The translations under genes were made by a program, and so were the position numbers. Under the pieces are notes generated by a model. That model was not told the DNA's origin, searched no databases, and saw only the letters and a program-made list of their open reading frames with translations. A DNA stretch of 11,585 nt from Myxococcales bacterium (GTDB lineage: Bacteria; Myxococcota_A; UBA9042): positions 1 to 11,585 of the forward strand of contig JBBISH010000161.1 in the NCBI GenBank assembly GCA_037441385.1, given 5' to 3'. This document shows positions 7,231-11,585 of the stretch, piece after piece (positions within the stretch are counted from its first letter, which is position 1; every line of letters begins with the position of its first letter).

Positions 7231-10200
7231 TGACGGCCCACGGACGCCCAAGGGGTCGCAAGTCCGCGTGGCTGCTGGTGGTCGCGCTCGCTGCCGGCTG
7301 CGGCCAAGAGTCCAATCTGGCGGCCAACTCAGCCGGGAGCACGGACACGGCCGCCGATGGCGCTGCCGACAGTGCGGGGCTCGGCACGGACGCAGTCCAA
7401 GCCCCACCCGATGTTGCGGCGATCCCGGACGTGGTGGCCGACGCCCTGGTCGATAGCGGGGCCGTTGACACGGCTCCACCAGACGTCGCCGCGGCGCCCG
7501 ACCTGCCTTGGGCGCACTCACCGGGCGACCGCAGTGTCTGCGACCCCTGCGAAAAAAGTGGGCAATGTGCAGACGCCACTGCGGCTTGCGTGGCCCTTGG
7601 CAATCCAACGGGCGCCGCCGGCTGGTTCTGCGAGCCGCCGTGTGCCGCCGACCTGAGCTGCCCAGAAGGCGCGCAATGTGTAGAGCGGGCCACGGCCGAG
7701 GGCGAGGTCGCCAAGATCTGCATGCCCAACAGCGGCACCTGTGCCTGCAGCCCCGCCGCGGCCAAAGGCGGTTGGACCACGCCGTGCTTTGTGCCCGCTA
7801 TCGGCCCGAGCGGCCTGGTCGTGGGCAAGTGCGCCGGCACCTGGACCTGCAACGCTGGCGGCTGCGACGCGCCGCAACCCGCGACCGAGACCTGCAACGG
7901 CCAGGACGACGACTGCGACGGTGCCACCGACGAGGTCGACGCCAACCTGTGCGACGACGGCGACCCGTGCACCGTGGGCCAGGCGTGCGTGGCCGGCAAG
8001 TGCAGCCCCGGCACTGACCAGTGCAACTGCCACAGCGACGGCGACTGCAGCAGCGGCAATGCCTGCCAGGGCAAGTGGTTCTGCGACAAGTCCACCCCGC
8101 AGTGGCACTGTGCAACCGTCCCCGCCACCGCGCCCGACTGCAGCAGCTTGGTCACGGGCGCGTGCGCGACCCCAAGCTGCGACCCCAAGACCGGCGCGTG
8201 CGTTGCCCAAGCCAAACCCGACGGCAGCGCCTGCGACGCCGACGGCAACGCCTGCACCGTGGACGACACCTGCCAAAGCGGCCAGTGCAAACCCGGCGCC
8301 AAGCTCCCCTGCGACGACGGCAACCCCTGCACCTTTGACGCGTGCGGCGCCAAGGGCTGCGGCCACCAGAACACGGCCGGACCGTGCGACGACGGCCTGA
8401 TCTGCACCAGCGGCGACACGTGCAAGCAGGGCGCCTGCGTCGGCACCGCCAAGGCCTGCAACGACGGCAACCCCTGCACCATCGACAGTTGTGACCCCGC
8501 GACCGGCGACTGCACCACCGCGCCCAGTCCAGGCGGCAGTTGCGACGACGGCGACCCGTGCACCCAGGCCGAGGTGTGCGACGGCGGCAAGTGCGGCGGC
8601 GGCAAGGCCACGGCGTGCGCCGACAGCAATCTTTGCACCGACGATAGCTGTGATAGCAAGCAGGGTTGCGTCCACACTCCCAACAACGCGCCGTGCGACG
8701 ACGGCAAGGCCTGCAGCCAAGGCGACACGTGCGCGGGCGGCAGCTGCCAGGCCGGGCCCAGCGTCTGCGGCTGCACCAGCCAGGCCGACTGCGACGCCAA
8801 ACAAAAAGCCGACCCCTGCCTGGGCGCGATGCTCTGCAATTTGGCCGCCGCGCAGCCTACTTGCGTGCCCAAACCCGGCGCGACCCCCTACTGCAGCCAA
8901 AGCGAGCCGTGCATGGTGGCCACCTGCGAGCTGGGCGTCTGCGGCAAGAAGCCGGCCGCCGATGGCACGGGCTGCAGCGACGGCCAGGCCTGCACCACCG
9001 GCGACGCGTGCACTGGCGGCGCCTGCACGGGCACGACGGTGGCGTGCGACGACGGCAACGCCTGCACCGTCGACGCCTGCGTCCTGAGCGGCGGCGTACC
9101 CACCTGCAGCCACATCGTGAGCGCCGGCACCTGCTCGGACGGCAACCCCTGCAGCGTGGGCGACACCTGTAGCGCCGGCAAGTGCTTGCCCGGCCCTCAG
9201 AAAGACTGCAACGACGGCACTGCCTGCACCATCGACACCTGCCTTGCCACCAGCGGCGCCTGTGCCCACGACAGCGCGCCCATGCAAGGCAAGGTCTGCA
9301 GCACCGGGCAAGGGGCGTGCGGGGCCGCGACGTGCAGCGGTTCGCTCTGCCTGGCCGCCGCCGCCACCCCGTGCAACGACGGCAACCCATGCACTGCCGA
9401 CGGCTGCACCCCCGACGTCGGCTGCACCTTCGCGGCCAACACCGCCCCGTGCAACGACAACAACCCTTGCACCAGCCAAGACCAGTGCGCCGGCGGCAAG
9501 TGCGCGGGCGGCAAGCTCAACTTGTGCGACGATGGCAACGCCTGCACCGACGACAGCTGCCAGGCGCCCTCGGGCTGCCAGCATGCCGCCAACACTGCGC
9601 CCTGCGACGACGGCGACGCCTGTAGCGTAGGCGACCACTGCAAGAACAGCGCCTGCGCCAGCAAGCCGATGCCCTGCGGCGACGGCAACCCGTGCACCAC
9701 CAGCACTTGCAGTGCCGGCGTATGCGGCCCGCAGGTCGCCGTGGCCGATGGCACGGTCTGCAAGGGCAAGTCGTCGTGCGTTGGCCAAGCCACCTGCAAG
9801 GCCGCCGTGTGCGTCGACGAGCCAGCCAACTGCCCTGCCAAAAAAGGCCAAGAGATCGTCCCCACGGCCGTGCCCACCAGCTTCCTGCCGGCGCAGACCC
9901 TGTTCGATCCCTACGGATTCCACGAGGTCAAGCTGACGGTGGCGCCTTCGGACTGGGCCAAATACCTGGAATTGGTGGCCAAGGTCCAGCAGACCAACAC
10001 GTGGTTCCAGGCCCAAGCCACCTTTGATGGCAAGGACTACGGCCAGGTCGGCATCCGGCCCTTTGGCTTTGGTAGCCTGTTCACCAACCCGCAAAAGCCG
10101 AACATTCGCGTCAAGTTCGATGCTTTCATCCAGGACCAGACTGGGCCCGACGACGTCCACAGTCTGCGCTTCAAGCCTTCTGGCCAAGACCGCACCTGGC

Positions 10201-11030
10201 TCAAGCAAATCTTGGGACCGGTGATTGTGCAGCAAGCGGGCGGTTTTGGACCGCGCTTTAGTTGGGTGCGCATCTGGGTCAACGATCAGCCGTATGGCTT
10301 GTACCAAATGATCGAGCATGTGGACAAGCACTTCTACAAGGTCAATTTTGGCAACAACGATGGCAACGAATACCAACGCAAGCAGTCGTGCATGGGGCTG
10401 AATTGCCCAGGTGGCAACTGCGCGGGCTTGCCTGCCTACTACGTGGGCGACCCAGGCGCCGCCACTGAACTGGTCGAAGCGGCCTCGCTCGCGCAAAACG
10501 AGCCCGACGCGACCTTGCCGGCCAAGCTGGCGGCTCGCATCGACTTGGCCTCGCTCTATGCAGAGTATGCCTGGGAAGCGATCGCGTCGGACTTTGATAC
10601 CCTGAGCGCCGCCGGCCAGAACTACACCATCTACGTGAACCAGTTGACCGCGCAGCTGGAATTCATCCCCACGGGCCAAGACCTGAACCAGGGGCTCAAC
10701 GGCGCTTGGTACGACCTCTGGAAGCCATGGGGGCCACCCTGCACTTGGTGTGGCGCCCGGGTGGACAACATGTACAGCCGCATCGTCAACCACACGGTGC
10801 TCAAGCCGCAGCTGGTGGCGGTGATGCAAAAGATCCACTGCGGCCTATACGCCCCGTCCAAGATGGTGCCGATCATCCAGGCCTACAAGAAGTTGCTGTG
10901 GCCGGATTTGACCCAGGATCCCAAGGGCTACCTGACCCCGGCGCAGATCACCAAGGCCTACGACGATTTGATCAACTACGTGCAGAATCGCTCGGTCTAT
11001 CTGGACGGGATTATTGGGGTTTGTCAGTAG
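7227..11030 (+). CDS. Cys-rich repeat lipoprotein with a C-terminal CotH-family kinase-like domain, ~1267 aa
   Basis: ATG 7227 overlaps the upstream TGA (ATGA); ATG 7230 is an alternative. Signal MMTAHGRPRGRKSAWLLVVALAAG-C (lipobox, Cys at 7299), Asp-rich linker, Cys repeats 7539-9833. CotH-like domain ~9900-11027: LFD...EVKLTV...DW; FDG..YGQVGIR..G.GS; KPNIRVKFDAF; QD; AG..GPR...VRIWVNDQPYGLYQMIEHVDKHF...FGNNDGNEY; RID; DFD...NYTIY...FIP...D. Confidence 0.88.
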   Translation: MMTAHGRPRGRKSAWLLVVALAAGCGQESNLAANSAGSTDTAADGAADSAGLGTDAVQAPPDVAAIPDVVADALVDSGAVDTAPPDVAAAPDLPWAHSPGDRSVCDPCEKSGQCADATAACVALGNPTGAAGWFCEPPCAADLSCPEGAQCVERATAEGEVAKICMPNSGTCACSPAAAKGGWTTPCFVPAIGPSGLVVGKCAGTWTCNAGGCDAPQPATETCNGQDDDCDGATDEVDANLCDDGDPCTVGQACVAGKCSPGTDQCNCHSDGDCSSGNACQGKWFCDKSTPQWHCATVPATAPDCSSLVTGACATPSCDPKTGACVAQAKPDGSACDADGNACTVDDTCQSGQCKPGAKLPCDDGNPCTFDACGAKGCGHQNTAGPCDDGLICTSGDTCKQGACVGTAKACNDGNPCTIDSCDPATGDCTTAPSPGGSCDDGDPCTQAEVCDGGKCGGGKATACADSNLCTDDSCDSKQGCVHTPNNAPCDDGKACSQGDTCAGGSCQAGPSVCGCTSQADCDAKQKADPCLGAMLCNLAAAQPTCVPKPGATPYCSQSEPCMVATCELGVCGKKPAADGTGCSDGQACTTGDACTGGACTGTTVACDDGNACTVDACVLSGGVPTCSHIVSAGTCSDGNPCSVGDTCSAGKCLPGPQKDCNDGTACTIDTCLATSGACAHDSAPMQGKVCSTGQGACGAATCSGSLCLAAAATPCNDGNPCTADGCTPDVGCTFAANTAPCNDNNPCTSQDQCAGGKCAGGKLNLCDDGNACTDDSCQAPSGCQHAANTAPCDDGDACSVGDHCKNSACASKPMPCGDGNPCTTSTCSAGVCGPQVAVADGTVCKGKSSCVGQATCKAAVCVDEPANCPAKKGQEIVPTAVPTSFLPAQTLFDPYGFHEVKLTVAPSDWAKYLELVAKVQQTNTWFQAQATFDGKDYGQVGIRPFGFGSLFTNPQKPNIRVKFDAFIQDQTGPDDVHSLRFKPSGQDRTWLKQILGPVIVQQAGGFGPRFSWVRIWVNDQPYGLYQMIEHVDKHFYKVNFGNNDGNEYQRKQSCMGLNCPGGNCAGLPAYYVGDPGAATELVEAASLAQNEPDATLPAKLAARIDLASLYAEYAWEAIASDFDTLSAAGQNYTIYVNQLTAQLEFIPTGQDLNQGLNGAWYDLWKPWGPPCTWCGARVDNMYSRIVNHTVLKPQLVAVMQKIHCGLYAPSKMVPIIQAYKKLLWPDLTQDPKGYLTPAQITKAYDDLINYVQNRSVYLDGIIGVCQ
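7539..9833 (+). repeat. Intragenic Cys-rich repeat stalk (CDDGNPCT A/B units interrupted by irregular modules), with one E-x-C-N-G-x-D-D-D-C-D-G-x-x-D-E putative metal-binding (MopE-like) motif
   Basis: Same A/B units as the upstream gene (e.g. CDDGNPCTFDACGAKGC / CDDGLICTSGDTCKQGAC). ETCNGQDDDCDGATDE at 7887-7934. Two CxC-initiated modules at 8022 and 8766. Confidence 0.88.
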
Positions 11031-11107
11031 ATAGGGCAACGCCTTGGTTGACCGGCGTGACAGTGCTCAGCCGCGTGGGTGGCGGGTGTGGATGGCCGGC
11101 TTTGGCT

Positions 11108-11274
11108 CCTGCCTTACCGGATGGCTACCAGTGCCGCAGATGCGGCGGAAACCTGTGCGATCCTTGGCACTTGGCCCTCACCGTGACTCAATTTCACGGC
11201 GAGAGCGGGGTCGGCCGTAGGCCGGGGGTGAGGGCTTTTGGCGCTGCGTCAGAGTAGGCAAGCGGTAAGGCAGG
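11108..11274. mobile_element. Putative 167-bp MITE-like non-coding element (alternatively a structured ncRNA)
   Basis: Perfect 12-bp terminal inverted repeat CCTGCCTTACCG (11108-11119) / CGGTAAGGCAGG (11263-11274). It extends to 18/21 matches (to 11128/11254), plus 7/8 matches at 11132-11139/11244-11251. Flanked immediately by CTTTGGCT (11100-11107) and CCTTGGCT (11275-11282), 7/8 identical. Inner stem GCCCTCACC/GGTGAGGGC. No transposase in the window. Confidence 0.5.
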
Positions 11275-11407
11275 CCTTGGCTCCCCCTGAGTAGAGCGCA
11301 AGTGCGCGCCCCAACTGGGCATCACACCACACCACTTGTACGCGAAAGATCGACTTGGGATTGCACAGGCTCTCGTGACGCTGGTCGAATGAGCCCTCAC
11401 CTCGCCG

Positions 11408-11436
11408 TTGACCGCCGCCCCAGCCCACCATAGGCT
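11408..11436 (+). promoter_or_regulatory. Sigma70-type promoter: -35 TTGACC, 17-bp spacer, -10 TAGGCT
   Basis: TTGACC at 11408-11413 and TAGGCT at 11431-11436, exactly 17 nt apart, followed by SD-like AGGGGGTG (11443-11450) and ATG 11455. Confidence 0.65.
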
Positions 11437-11454
11437 CCCGGCAGGGGGTGCTCG

Positions 11455-11585
11455 ATGCACACACTGCGAACTGAGATCGGCCAGCTTGCTCTTTGTTTGG
11501 CCATGGCCGCCTGCGGCAGCTCCGGTCAGGGGCCCGCGTCGGCGGATGCAGTTGCGGCCAAGGATGCCCTGCAAGACGTCGTAGA
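11455..11585 (+). CDS. Lipoprotein, 3'-truncated by the window edge (not in the ORF track)
   Basis: Reads MHTLRTEIGQLALCLAMAA-CGSSGQGPASADAVAAKDALQDVV... with no stop. Lipobox-like MAAC (Cys20 at 11512) is followed by an Asp/Ala-rich linker like the other lipoproteins. Promoter and SD lie upstream. Confidence 0.7.
   Translation, partial: MHTLRTEIGQLALCLAMAACGSSGQGPASADAVAAKDALQDVV

Noticed and set aside
4762..9833. Recurring ~24-bp DNA unit (tgcgacgacggcaacccctgcacc) at ~75-78-bp spacing, superficially like a CRISPR array
   Set aside because: Copies are degenerate, always in frame and encode protein repeats with conserved Cys in the intervening sequence. No cas genes or leader.
7518..10838. 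1106-aa minus-strand ORF (also 2186-3517, 4612-5739, 5193-6311, 5935-7608, 7073-8872)
   Set aside because: Antisense shadows of GC-biased, repetitive + strand genes. Their periodic VAVVA or QGLPSSQ patterns mirror the CDDGNPCT codons, and no domain is recognisable.
9900..11030. Calling this gene cotH and inferring endospore formation
   Set aside because: CotH-family domains are widespread in non-sporulating bacteria. Here the domain is fused to a lipoprotein stalk and no sporulation genes are nearby.
11031..11400. tRNA, tmRNA, RNase P RNA or a known riboswitch in the last intergenic region
   Set aside because: I found none of the diagnostic motifs (T-loop/CCA end, GAGGAAAGUCC, cobalamin or TPP boxes) on either strand by eye. 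An Rfam scan would be decisive.

Overview
This GC-rich bacterial window has every credible gene on the + strand. The Cys-rich CDDGNPCT repeats and acidic-tethered lipoproteins suggest Myxococcota/Deltaproteobacteria (inference). Gene order: (1) a 5'-truncated hypothetical protein with a beta-barrel-like C-terminus; (2) a TVP38/TMEM64 (DedA/VTT) membrane protein directly followed by (3) a divergent GH57-like lipoprotein; (4) a lipoprotein with 23 alternating 4-Cys repeats capped by a fibrinogen-related domain that I recognise as resembling the coral skeletal organic matrix protein USOMP-5 domain; (5) overlapping it by ATGA, a Cys-repeat lipoprotein capped by a CotH-family kinase-like domain with altered motifs; (6) the start of a fourth lipoprotein, missed by the ORF track, behind a sigma70-type promoter. 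Between (5) and (6) lies a 167-bp inverted-repeat element flanked by 8-bp near-direct repeats (MITE-like or structured RNA). The best candidate new system is the coupled pair of stalked surface lipoproteins (USOMP5/fibrinogen-like head plus CotH head). All family assignments come from recalled motifs, not database searches.
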